The notes beneath the pieces are model-generated. The model was not told the origin of the DNA and ran no database searches. It saw only the letters and a list, made by a program, of their open reading frames with translations. Of a stretch of 64,000 nucleotides of DNA, positions 28,501 through 37,063 are shown piece by piece. Numbering within the stretch: the stretch's first letter is position 1; each line of letters opens with the position of its first letter. The DNA comes from Armatimonadota bacterium. Its GTDB lineage: Bacteria; Armatimonadota; SYMT01. The position numbers were made by a program, and so were the translations under genes. The stretch is from positions 11,224 through 75,223 of the forward strand of contig JBKBRF010000006.1 in assembly GCA_046292385.1 (NCBI GenBank), read 5' to 3'.

Positions 28501-30342
28501 CTAACGGCCGCCGCCGCGAGGGGCTCCGCCGCCGCCGCCGCCGGGCCGGTTCCCGGCTCCACCGGGTCCGCCGCCGCCGGGCCTGCCGCGCTGCTGGTTG
28601 CGGTTTCCGCCGAACCGGTTAAACGGATTGAACGGATTGTTCGCTTCTTCCGCCTCCGGCTGGATGGTGCGGGTAATCACCTCGTCGCCGTCCTTGATCC
28701 CGGAGACGATCTCGGTGGTGTCCTGCCCCACCACGCCGACGACGATCTCGAACTTCTGCGGCGCGCCGTTGACTAGCTTCTCCACGTAGTAGCCGCCTTC
28801 TTCGCCTTCCTTCACGCCTTCGTTCGGAAGGGTCAGCACCTTGCGGGCTTCGTCCGTGATGAACTCGCACGTGGCGTTCATTCCCGGCTTGAACCGCGCG
28901 TCGGGCCGGCTCAGCTCCACCGTCACCGGGATCAGGGTGACGTTCTGTTCGATGATCGCCTGCGGGTCGATCCGGATTACCCGGCCGGACACGACCACGT
29001 CCGGATAGGCGTCGACGCGCACGTCAACCCGCTGCCCCGTAGCGACCTGGCCGATGTCGGTCTCGTCCACGTTGCACTTGATCCAGAGCCGGGAGACGTC
29101 GCCGATCTGGAGCAGGTAGTTGGTGCTGCCGATGGAGGCGCGGCTGGAGGGCACGACGGTGCCTTCTTCCACCTGCTTGGCGATAATGACCCCGGTTCGG
29201 GGCGCGGTCACCTTGGTGAAGCCGAGGTTGGTCTCTGCCTGGTTCACCGACGCGTCACTCCGCACGATCTGGGCCTTCGCAGCCACGATCTCGCGGTCGC
29301 GGACGTCGATCTGCTCCCGTTCCGCCTGGGCAGACTTCAGGTCCTGCTCCGCCTGGGCTACCGCGGCCAGCGCGGCATCGTGCTCCTTGGCCCGCACGTC
29401 GTTCTGCACCGCGTTGGTCTGCGCCAGCGTCAGCCCCGCCTGGGCCTGCTGCTCGCGCGCCTGGTCCGCCTCGAGCCGGGCTCGGGCCTCATCGACCCGT
29501 GCTTCCATTTCCTGGATCGCCAGCCGGTTCTCCCGCTGCAGCGTGTCCTTCCGCTGCTTCGCCTGCTCGTAGCTCGCCTTCATCGACTCGAAGCGGGCGT
29601 AAGCAGCCTCGACCTCGCTCCGGGCCAGGTAGCCCTGCGAGTGCAGCTTGCGCTGCCGATCGTACGCCCGCCTGGCGATGTCCATGTTGGCGTCGGCCTG
29701 CCGCACGTTCGACTCGACCGTCTCGACGTTCAGCGGGATGGTCACTTCCTTGAGCTGCGCCAGCGACTGCTGGAGCTGGGCGATGCTCTTCTCCGTCTGC
29801 GTGACCGCCTTCTTCGCGGAAGCGAGGGACGCCCTCGCCTGCGCGATGTTGGAGTCAGTCAGCTTCGGCTGCGCTTCCATGTTCGCGCGGGCCTGGGCGA
29901 GCCGGGCCCTAGCGGAGGCAACCGCCTGCCGGGAGGCGGCGATGCGGGCGTTGGTCTGCAGCTTCTGCTGCTTGAGATTGGAGACCGCCTGCGCCAGGCG
30001 AGCCTGCGCGGCGCGCCGGTCGGCATCGGCCTGCTCGTACGCGGTGCGGGTGTCGGTCGGGTCGATGTCCATAATGCGCTGACCCGCCGTCACCGTGTCG
30101 CCCAGGTCGACGTAGAGACGGTCGATCCGTCCGGAGACGTTCGACTTCACGTCGACCGTCTTCCACGCCTGCACCACGCCGGTGGCGGTGACGAAGCTCT
30201 TCACGTCACCCACGGCGGCGGTGCCGAACTCGTAGGTGACCGCCTGCTTCTCTTTTCCGCCCTTGTTCGCGAACGCGAAGCCGCCGCCGACTACCGCGGC
30301 GATGACTCCAATGATCAAAATCCAACGAATGGCCGAGCTCAT
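28501..30342 (-). CDS. Efflux periplasmic adaptor (MacA/HlyD-like) with long coiled coil and Gly/Arg-rich tail
   Basis: N-terminal TM, lipoyl halves, VTAPRTG, VDETDIG, KPGMNA. Confidence 0.9.
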   Translation of the reverse strand: MSSAIRWILIIGVIAAVVGGGFAFANKGGKEKQAVTYEFGTAAVGDVKSFVTATGVVQAWKTVDVKSNVSGRIDRLYVDLGDTVTAGQRIMDIDPTDTRTAYEQADADRRAAQARLAQAVSNLKQQKLQTNARIAASRQAVASARARLAQARANMEAQPKLTDSNIAQARASLASAKKAVTQTEKSIAQLQQSLAQLKEVTIPLNVETVESNVRQADANMDIARRAYDRQRKLHSQGYLARSEVEAAYARFESMKASYEQAKQRKDTLQRENRLAIQEMEARVDEARARLEADQAREQQAQAGLTLAQTNAVQNDVRAKEHDAALAAVAQAEQDLKSAQAEREQIDVRDREIVAAKAQIVRSDASVNQAETNLGFTKVTAPRTGVIIAKQVEEGTVVPSSRASIGSTNYLLQIGDVSRLWIKCNVDETDIGQVATGQRVDVRVDAYPDVVVSGRVIRIDPQAIIEQNVTLIPVTVELSRPDARFKPGMNATCEFITDEARKVLTLPNEGVKEGEEGGYYVEKLVNGAPQKFEIVVGVVGQDTTEIVSGIKDGDEVITRTIQPEAEEANNPFNPFNRFGGNRNQQRGRPGGGGPGGAGNRPGGGGGGAPRGGGR

Positions 30343-30599
30343 GCCGTAATCCTCACCACGCGGTCACCCCGGGGCGGTCCCAGATGGGGCGTGCACAAAT
30401 GCGAAAGGCCGGGCGCGGCGGCCCGGAAGTCAACAAAACTGGATCTAAGGTGGAGGGGAGAGGAGCGTCCGCCATCCATTGAGACGCCTCCGGACCGTCC
30501 GGGTTCACCGAAAAGGCTTCCTCGGCCGGCTCCAACCTTAGCATACGCACTTACGATCGACTTCGTTTGCAGGCTCCCGGTTCCCGCTGCTCGAAGCCG

Positions 30600-32063
30600 C
30601 TAGAGCCGTCCCAGCGCCCGGTTGAGCTGCGCCTGGGCGAGGTGCACGTCGTAGAGAGCCGAGATCGCGCTGTTGTTGGCGGTGGCAAACTGGACCTGCG
30701 CCTGGATCAGGTCGACCACGTCGGTCCCCGCCAGCCCCAGCTCGTACCGCGCGGTCGTCGCCTCCAGGTTCACCTGCGCGGCCTCCACCGCCAGGCGGGC
30801 CGCTTCCAGCCGCTCGCGCGCGTTGATCAGGTTCAGGTAAGCTTCCTGGACCTCCGCGGTCACATCCTTCTTTACCTGCTCCAGCTGCGCCACGTTGCTC
30901 TGGACGTTGGTTCGCGCCTCCTGCTCCCGGGCGTGGGTCAGGCCCGCGTCGAACAGCGGCAGCGAAACGACCGCGCCGACGGCGAAGTCGGCGCGCTGCA
31001 GCGGATTGTTCGGCTGCAGGTTGAAGCTGAAGCTGGTATCCAAGCGCGGCTTGCGGCCGACCCGCGCGATCGAGACGCCGGCCTGCGCCGAGCGCACCAG
31101 CGCCTCCGCCTGCACCACTTCCGGCCGCTCCCGCACCGCGACCTCGCGCAGATCCTCCACCGGAGGCACGACGTCGAACGCCTCGCGCAGCGCCACCAGG
31201 TTGAGCGGGGGACCGACGGTGAGGCCCATCGAGTTGCGGAGCGCGTTCGCCGCCACGCGGAGATCGTTCTGGGCGGCGATCCGGTCGACCTGGCGGTTCC
31301 GGTACTCGGAAAGGACCAGCGCGCGGTCCGCTTCGGCGGCATTGTCCGCCGCGATGTTCGCCTCCACGCTGCGAAGCTGCTCCAGCGCCAGCCGCTCCTG
31401 CTCCACCCGCAGCTCCAGCAGCCGCTCGGCCCGGAGCTGTAGCAGGTAGTTCACCGTCACGTCGAACGCGAGGTTGTTCCGTACCGCCTCCAGGTTGGCT
31501 GCGGTGCTCTCCAGCCCCGCCCGCGCCTGGCGCACGGAGAAGCGGGTCAGGCCGCCGTCGAAGATGTTGTAATTGACGCCGATGCGCGGCTGAAGCCCCT
31601 GGTCGAACTGGGTGTCGCTGGTATCCACCCGCACCCGCTGCGGCGGCTGTCCCGGAGCGCCCGGAACGGTGGTGGTGGGGGGCGGCCCGAAGAGGCCGCC
31701 GAAGTTGTTGGTGCCGCGGCCGCTGTAGCCGATCTCTCCGATGACCACGGGGAGCGTGCCGACCCGCGCCTGCCGAATCCGCTGCCGCGCCGCTTCCACG
31801 TTCTCTTCCGCCACCGTGACGTTCGCGTGCAGTTGGTGGGCGATCTGGATCGCCTCCGCCAGGGAGACCGGCTCCACCGCGGTGGGGGCGATCGGCTGCG
31901 GCTCCGGGGCGGGGGTGCCGGGCTGCGCGGCGGCGGGCGGCGCGGGAGGAGTAGGGGGCGGGTCCTGGGCGGGCAGCGCGGCGCGCGCCGGCGCCAGCGC
32001 TACGGCGGCGGCAACGAGGCAGGCGGGCCGCGTCCGGCCGCGGCGGTTTCTCCGTCGATTCAT
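30600..32063 (-). CDS. TolC family outer-membrane efflux protein
   Basis: SLAEAIQIA, YNIFDGG, SLPLFDAG, ARYELG repeats; Pro-rich N-terminus. Start ATG 32063 or GTG 32075. Confidence 0.9.
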   Translation of the reverse strand: MNRRRNRRGRTRPACLVAAAVALAPARAALPAQDPPPTPPAPPAAAQPGTPAPEPQPIAPTAVEPVSLAEAIQIAHQLHANVTVAEENVEAARQRIRQARVGTLPVVIGEIGYSGRGTNNFGGLFGPPPTTTVPGAPGQPPQRVRVDTSDTQFDQGLQPRIGVNYNIFDGGLTRFSVRQARAGLESTAANLEAVRNNLAFDVTVNYLLQLRAERLLELRVEQERLALEQLRSVEANIAADNAAEADRALVLSEYRNRQVDRIAAQNDLRVAANALRNSMGLTVGPPLNLVALREAFDVVPPVEDLREVAVRERPEVVQAEALVRSAQAGVSIARVGRKPRLDTSFSFNLQPNNPLQRADFAVGAVVSLPLFDAGLTHAREQEARTNVQSNVAQLEQVKKDVTAEVQEAYLNLINARERLEAARLAVEAAQVNLEATTARYELGLAGTDVVDLIQAQVQFATANNSAISALYDVHLAQAQLNRALGRL

Positions 32064-32555
32064 CCCGTGTTCCACTCCCAGACCCGATCACCAGGTCACT
32101 CTGACGCAGCCGCCAGGCGCCGGTTCACTCGCTGTGCGATGAGCCTTGCGCTAGTGTAGTCACCATCACCGCGGCGGTCTACTGCCGACTGCGGCACCGA
32201 CAGAATCGATAGTCGGCAAGGCGGGGCCGTTCGTGGACGGCAGGCGAGCGGCGGCTAGTCCGGAGACCGACATCCCACTTTGCCGCGGAGCAGGCGAGCA
32301 CCTTCCGGGCCGGGAGGGACTTGGCCCCGCAAGACAAGCTCAACACTTGTCGTGAGGAGGAGCCCTCGGCGGCGGCTCGGAACCCGACGGGCGTTAAACC
32401 GGGTTTCGGTCCGGTTATCATTGCCGGAGCCGGGGATAACTTCCCCATAGGACCGGCGGCAGCGGGAGCGGCCACGCCGGCGGAGGAAGACGCGGGTACG
32501 AGGCATCGCGACTTCTACGCCATCCGCAGGCCAAAGCGGACCCAGGAGCGATACG

Positions 32556-32738
32556 ATGGAACGGCAACCGCAGAGGAGTGAGCTCGACCGGAGCGAGGGG
32601 CAGTGGCGTGAGGAGGTCCGTCCCGGCCTCGTCATGATTCGCCGGCGCATCCGGAAGGACGACGGCCGCTACCTGCTCTACTACGATTTCGAGCGGTCCC
32701 CGGTAACGCCGGGCGGCCCGGCAGCCAACGGAGAGTAG
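32556..32738 (+). CDS. Small hypothetical protein (KDDGRYLLYYDF motif)
   Basis: AGGAG SD; stop 2 nt before the copZ start. Confidence 0.5.
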   Translation: MERQPQRSELDRSEGQWREEVRPGLVMIRRRIRKDDGRYLLYYDFERSPVTPGGPAANGE

Positions 32739-32740
32739 AC

Positions 32741-32947
32741 ATGGCGGAAGTGGCACTGCACGTCCCGGAGATGCACTGTAAGGCCTGCGAGCGGAGCATC
32801 CGCGCCGCCCTCGAGCCGGCGCCGGGCGTCGGCGAGGTGCAGGTCGACCTCTCGAGCCGTCGGGTGAGCGTGCAGTTCGACGGGGCGGCGACCGACGTCA
32901 GCGCGATCAAGCGCCGAATCGAGGACACCGGGTTCGACGTCGCTTAG
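32741..32947 (+). CDS. copZ: Heavy-metal-associated domain protein (copper chaperone)
   Basis: MHCKAC metal motif, 68-aa ferredoxin-like HMA pattern ending GFDV. Confidence 0.88.
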   Translation: MAEVALHVPEMHCKACERSIRAALEPAPGVGEVQVDLSSRRVSVQFDGAATDVSAIKRRIEDTGFDVA

Positions 32948-33072
32948 CCCGCCAGCGGGATCGCGGAAGCCGACCAGTCAAACCGTGTCGCTCGCGCACA
33001 CCGCTTGTTAGGTCCGCAAGGAATGGCGCCGGCTCTCGCGGAACAATCCGCGGGCTCTACAGAGAGCGGCCC

Positions 33073-33094
33073 TTGTGATAAAATTCACTTGACG
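33073..33094 (+). promoter_or_regulatory. Rex/CRP-type operator overlapping a TTGACG -35 upstream of nuoA
   Basis: TTGTGATAAAATTCACTT matches TGTGA-N6-TCAC; TTGACG at 33089-33094. Confidence 0.6.
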
Positions 33095-33135
33095 CGCCCG
33101 GCCGGGCGCTCAGGTTTGAGGGGAGATCGGGGAAC

Positions 33136-33513
33136 GTGGAGATACCGCGCGAGTACCTCTGGGCCGGCATCTTGCTCCTCATTGCCATCGGCATGGGGCT
33201 GGCAATGGTGGCGCTGCCTTCCATCGTGAGCCGCGTGCTCCGCGTCAACCGCCCGAGCGCGGCGAAAGTGGAGCCGTACGAGTGCGGCATGCTGCCGATC
33301 GGCGGCGCGCGGGCGCGGTTCAGCGTCAAGTTCTACGTAGTCGCGATGCTGTTCATCTTGTTCGATATCGAAGCGATCTTTCTCTACCCGTGGGCGATGG
33401 TGCACCGGTGGCTCGGCTGGTTCGGGCTGATCGAGGTGGGGATCTTCGTCGCCATCCTCCTGGTGGGGTTTGTATACGTCTGGAAGCGGGGTGCGCTGCA
33501 ATGGCAGGAATAA
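33136..33513 (+). CDS. nuoA: NADH-quinone oxidoreductase subunit A
   Basis: [22 protein letters not shown]. Confidence 0.95.
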   Translation: MEIPREYLWAGILLLIAIGMGLAMVALPSIVSRVLRVNRPSAAKVEPYECGMLPIGGARARFSVKFYVVAMLFILFDIEAIFLYPWAMVHRWLGWFGLIEVGIFVAILLVGFVYVWKRGALQWQE

Positions 33514-34025
33514 CGACGACGGTCGACGGCAAGCTGACGCTGGGTCAGCAGGTGGGCCAGCAGGGTTTCCTGCTGGCGAAGCTGGACGACCTGGTTAACC
33601 AGATCCGCGCGAACTCGATCTGGCCGCTCACCTTCGGGCTGGCGTGCTGCGCGATCGAGATGATGGCGACCGGCTCCTCCCGCTTCGACGTGGCGCGCTT
33701 CGGCGCCGAGGTGTTCCGCGCCTCGCCGCGGCAGGCGGACCTGATGATCGTGGCGGGCCGCGTGAGCCAGAAGATGGCCCCGGTGCTCCGCCAGATCTAC
33801 GATCAGATGCCGGAGCCGAAGTGGGTGATCGCGATGGGCGCCTGCGCTTCTTCCGGAAACGGGATCTTCAACAACTACGCCATCGTGCAGGGCGTGGACG
33901 AGGTGGTGCCGGTGGACGTCTACGTGCCCGGCTGTCCGCCTCGCCCGGAGGCGCTGATCTACGGGATCATGCAGCTCCAGAAGAAGATCACCCGCGCCGG
34001 GCGCAGCCTGGAAGACGTGAAGTAG
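33501..34025 (+). CDS. nuoB: NADH-quinone oxidoreductase subunit B
   Basis: [34 protein letters not shown]. Start at ATG 33501, overlapping nuoA. Confidence 0.96.
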   Translation: MAGITTTVDGKLTLGQQVGQQGFLLAKLDDLVNQIRANSIWPLTFGLACCAIEMMATGSSRFDVARFGAEVFRASPRQADLMIVAGRVSQKMAPVLRQIYDQMPEPKWVIAMGACASSGNGIFNNYAIVQGVDEVVPVDVYVPGCPPRPEALIYGIMQLQKKITRAGRSLEDVK

Positions 34026-34043
34026 GCGGCGGCGAGACGACAC

Positions 34044-34598
34044 ATGGCTGAACAGCAAGCAACCGACACGACCGCCGCCGCGCCCGCGGCGCCGCAGATC
34101 GACGTGAGCCGCGAGCTGGAGCGGATTCGCGCCGCGCATCCGGAAGCGGTCGTCGACGTAGAGAAGGACCCGGCGCGCGGAATGGTCTGGATCCAGATCC
34201 GCCGCCGCTACGTGGTCCCGGTGCTCACCCTGCTGCGGGACGATCCGTCGCTGAAGTACACGATGCTGGCCGACCTCACCTGCGTGGACAAGCCGTGGGA
34301 AGAGCGCCGGTTTACCGTGATCTACAACCTGCTCTCGATCCCGCACAACCGCCGGATCTTCCTGCGGGTGAAAGCGGCGGACGGTGAAGCGGTGCCCTCC
34401 GCGGTGCCGGTCCACGCCGCCGCGGACTGGGCGGAGCGCGAGGTCTGGGATCTCTTCGGCGTCAAGTTCGAGGGCCACCCGGACCTGACCCGGATCGAGC
34501 TGCCGGACGACTGGGAGGGGCACCCGCTGCGCAAGGATTACCCCGCCGTGGGTCCGCAGCCGGTCATCCTCTACAACGACGTGAAAGACGTGCTCTAG
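34044..34598 (+). CDS. nuoC: NADH-quinone oxidoreductase subunit C
   Basis: WAEREVWDLFG, GHPLRKDYP. Confidence 0.95.
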   Translation: MAEQQATDTTAAAPAAPQIDVSRELERIRAAHPEAVVDVEKDPARGMVWIQIRRRYVVPVLTLLRDDPSLKYTMLADLTCVDKPWEERRFTVIYNLLSIPHNRRIFLRVKAADGEAVPSAVPVHAAADWAEREVWDLFGVKFEGHPDLTRIELPDDWEGHPLRKDYPAVGPQPVILYNDVKDVL

Positions 34599-34649
34599 CC
34601 CGCATCGGCTCGACGCGACCAGAATAGCCGGGCCATCCGGAACCGTGTA

Positions 34650-35879
34650 ATGTCGAACACTACCGAAACCACCTCTGTGATGATGGGGACCATGCCGGAA
34701 AGCGGCGTGGCCGGCCAGGAGACCATGACCCTGAACATGGGTCCCCAGCACCCGTCGACGCACGGCGTGCTGCGGCTGGTCCTGGAGCTGGACGGCGAGA
34801 CGGTAACCCGGTGCATCCCGCACATCGGCTATCTCCACACCGGAATGGAGAAGTCGATGGAGAACGAGCCGTACCAGCAGGCGATCGTGATCACCGACCG
34901 GATGGACTACCTGTCCGGGATGAACAACAACCTGGCGTTCTGCCTGGCGGCGGAGAGGCTCCTGGATCTGCAGGTGCCGCCGCGCGGGCAGGCGATCCGG
35001 GTGCTGATGTCGGAGCTCCAGCGCATCGCCAGCCACCTGGTCTGGCTCGGCACGCACGCGATGGACATCGGCGCGATGTCGGTGTTCCTCTACTGCTTCC
35101 GCGAGCGCGAGATGCTCCTCAACTTCTTCGAGGAGATTGCCGGCGCCCGCCTCACGCCCTCGTACATCCGGATCGGCGGGGTGGCGCTCGACCTTCCCCC
35201 CAGCGTGGAGCCGAAGATCGCCCAGTTCCTCGGGATCTTCCCGGACCGGCTGGACGAGTACTGGACGCTGCTGGACGAGAACCCGATCTGGCGCGACCGT
35301 ACGATCGGCGTGGCGCCGATGGGCGCGGACGACTGTATCCGGTACGGGGTGACCGGCCCCGTGCTCCGCGCGGCGGGCGTTCCGTTCGATCTCCGTAAGT
35401 CGAACCCCTACTGCGGCTACGAGCAGTATGACTTCGACATCCAGCTCGGCGAGAACGGCGACGTATTCGACCGGTACCGCGTGCGGATGGGGGAGATGCG
35501 GCAGAGCATGCGGATCATCGAGCAGGTGATGCAGTCGATGCCGGACGGCGACTGCAACGCCGACGATCCGAAGATCGTGCTGCCGCCTAAGGAGCGCGTC
35601 TTCTCCGACATGGAGGCGCTGATCCACCACTTCATCCTGGTGACCCGCGGCTTCCCGGTGCCCCCGGGCGAGGCGTACCACGCCATCGAGTCCCCCAAGG
35701 GCGAGCTCGGTTATTACATCGTCTCGGACGGCAGCGAGAAGCCGTACCGGGTGCGGGTGCGCCCCCCCTCTTTCTACAACCTGCAGGCAATGCCGTTTAT
35801 GGTGCAGGACCGCATGGTGGCCGACGTGGTGGCCGCTATCGGCAGCCTCGACATCGTGCTCGGCGAGATCGACCGCTGA
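34650..35879 (+). CDS. nuoD: NADH-quinone oxidoreductase subunit D
   Basis: GPQHPSTHGVLR, ESPKGELG, DIVLGEIDR. Confidence 0.97.
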   Translation: MSNTTETTSVMMGTMPESGVAGQETMTLNMGPQHPSTHGVLRLVLELDGETVTRCIPHIGYLHTGMEKSMENEPYQQAIVITDRMDYLSGMNNNLAFCLAAERLLDLQVPPRGQAIRVLMSELQRIASHLVWLGTHAMDIGAMSVFLYCFREREMLLNFFEEIAGARLTPSYIRIGGVALDLPPSVEPKIAQFLGIFPDRLDEYWTLLDENPIWRDRTIGVAPMGADDCIRYGVTGPVLRAAGVPFDLRKSNPYCGYEQYDFDIQLGENGDVFDRYRVRMGEMRQSMRIIEQVMQSMPDGDCNADDPKIVLPPKERVFSDMEALIHHFILVTRGFPVPPGEAYHAIESPKGELGYYIVSDGSEKPYRVRVRPPSFYNLQAMPFMVQDRMVADVVAAIGSLDIVLGEIDR

Positions 35880-36421
35880 TGCTATCCGAACAGGCCAGAC
35901 AGAAGATTCGCGAGCAGATGGCCCGGTATCCGGTGCCTCGCTCCGCCCTCGGCTCCGCGCTCTACATCGCGCAGGAGGAATGCGGCGGCTGGGTGCCGCC
36001 GGAGGCGATTCACGACGTGGCGGAGGTGATGGGCCTCGAGCCGACCGACGTCCAGTCGATGATGAGCTTCTACGTGATGTACAACAAGGAGCCGGTCGGC
36101 AAGTATCTGCTCGAGATCTGCCACAACATCTCCTGCGCGGTGATGGGCTGCGGCAAGCTGTTCGACGTGGTGCATCGCAAGTGCGGCATCGGCCCCGGCG
36201 AGACGAGCGAGGACGGTCTCTTCACGCTGAAGGGCGTGGAGTGCAGCGCGGCGTGCGGCGGCGCCCCGGTGGTGCAGGTGAACGGCATGTACCACGAGCG
36301 GATCACCCCGGAGCAGCTCGACACGCTGCTGGACCAGCTCCGCGCCGAGGGCGGCCCCCGCGAGAACCTGTACAACGCCGCGTACGCGCCGGAGACGACG
36401 CCGCGCCGCGAGGGAGCGTAG
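35879..36421 (+). CDS. nuoE: NADH-quinone oxidoreductase subunit E
   Basis: CHNISC...ECSAAC 2Fe-2S motif. Confidence 0.95.
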   Translation: MLSEQARQKIREQMARYPVPRSALGSALYIAQEECGGWVPPEAIHDVAEVMGLEPTDVQSMMSFYVMYNKEPVGKYLLEICHNISCAVMGCGKLFDVVHRKCGIGPGETSEDGLFTLKGVECSAACGGAPVVQVNGMYHERITPEQLDTLLDQLRAEGGPRENLYNAAYAPETTPRREGA

Positions 36422-36427
36422 CGAGAC

Positions 36428-37063
36428 GTGTCCGCACTGCGCGAGCCGGACTGGCTCACGGTCGAGGACTTCTGGGCCCTGGTGGGAGACGGCGAGAAGG
36501 CCGACCTCCTCGATGGGGTGATCCACCTTGCCCCACCGGAGTCGCCGTGGATCAATCTCGCCGCGAACTGGCTCCAGTTCCTGGTAGCTGGCTACGTCTG
36601 TGACCGGCGGCTCGGCATCGTGTTCACTGGTCGAGTCGCCTTCGTGCTGAACGAATTCTGCGCTCCCGAGCCGGATATCGCGTTCGTAGCGGCGGCTCGA
36701 ATGGATGCGGTGGCTGCGGACCGGGTCTGTGGAGCGCCCGACGTGGCGATCGAGATCGTGTCCCGCGACAGCCGAGCGCGGGACTACGAGGACAAGTACC
36801 GCCTCTACGAAGAGGCTGGGGTTCGCGAGTACTGGCTGATCGATCCGATTGAGAATCGCGCGCACTTCCTCCGCCTGGCGGAGAGCGGCTTTCGGCCGGT
36901 GGAGCTGCGAGAGGGTCGCCTGTTCGAGTCCGAGGCGCTCCCGGGCTTCTGGTTGGACACCGGGTGGCTCACCTCGGAGGAGCGCCCGGACGAATACGAG
37001 TGCCTGCAGCGGATCCTGGCCGGCGGACCGGAAGAAATGAAGAGAGAGGCGACCGATGCCTGA
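36428..37063 (+). CDS. Uma2 family (DUF820) PD-(D/E)xK-like endonuclease
   Basis: LLDGVI, PEPDIAFV, PDVAIEIVS, DK..LY..AGVREYWLIDP. Confidence 0.9.
   Translation: MSALREPDWLTVEDFWALVGDGEKADLLDGVIHLAPPESPWINLAANWLQFLVAGYVCDRRLGIVFTGRVAFVLNEFCAPEPDIAFVAAARMDAVAADRVCGAPDVAIEIVSRDSRARDYEDKYRLYEEAGVREYWLIDPIENRAHFLRLAESGFRPVELREGRLFESEALPGFWLDTGWLTSEERPDEYECLQRILAGGPEEMKREATDA

Noticed and set aside
32179-32650. ORFs 32179-32475(-), 32255-32650(-) and 32321-32581(+)
   Set aside because: No family motifs, atypical composition and mutual overlap; treated as non-coding.
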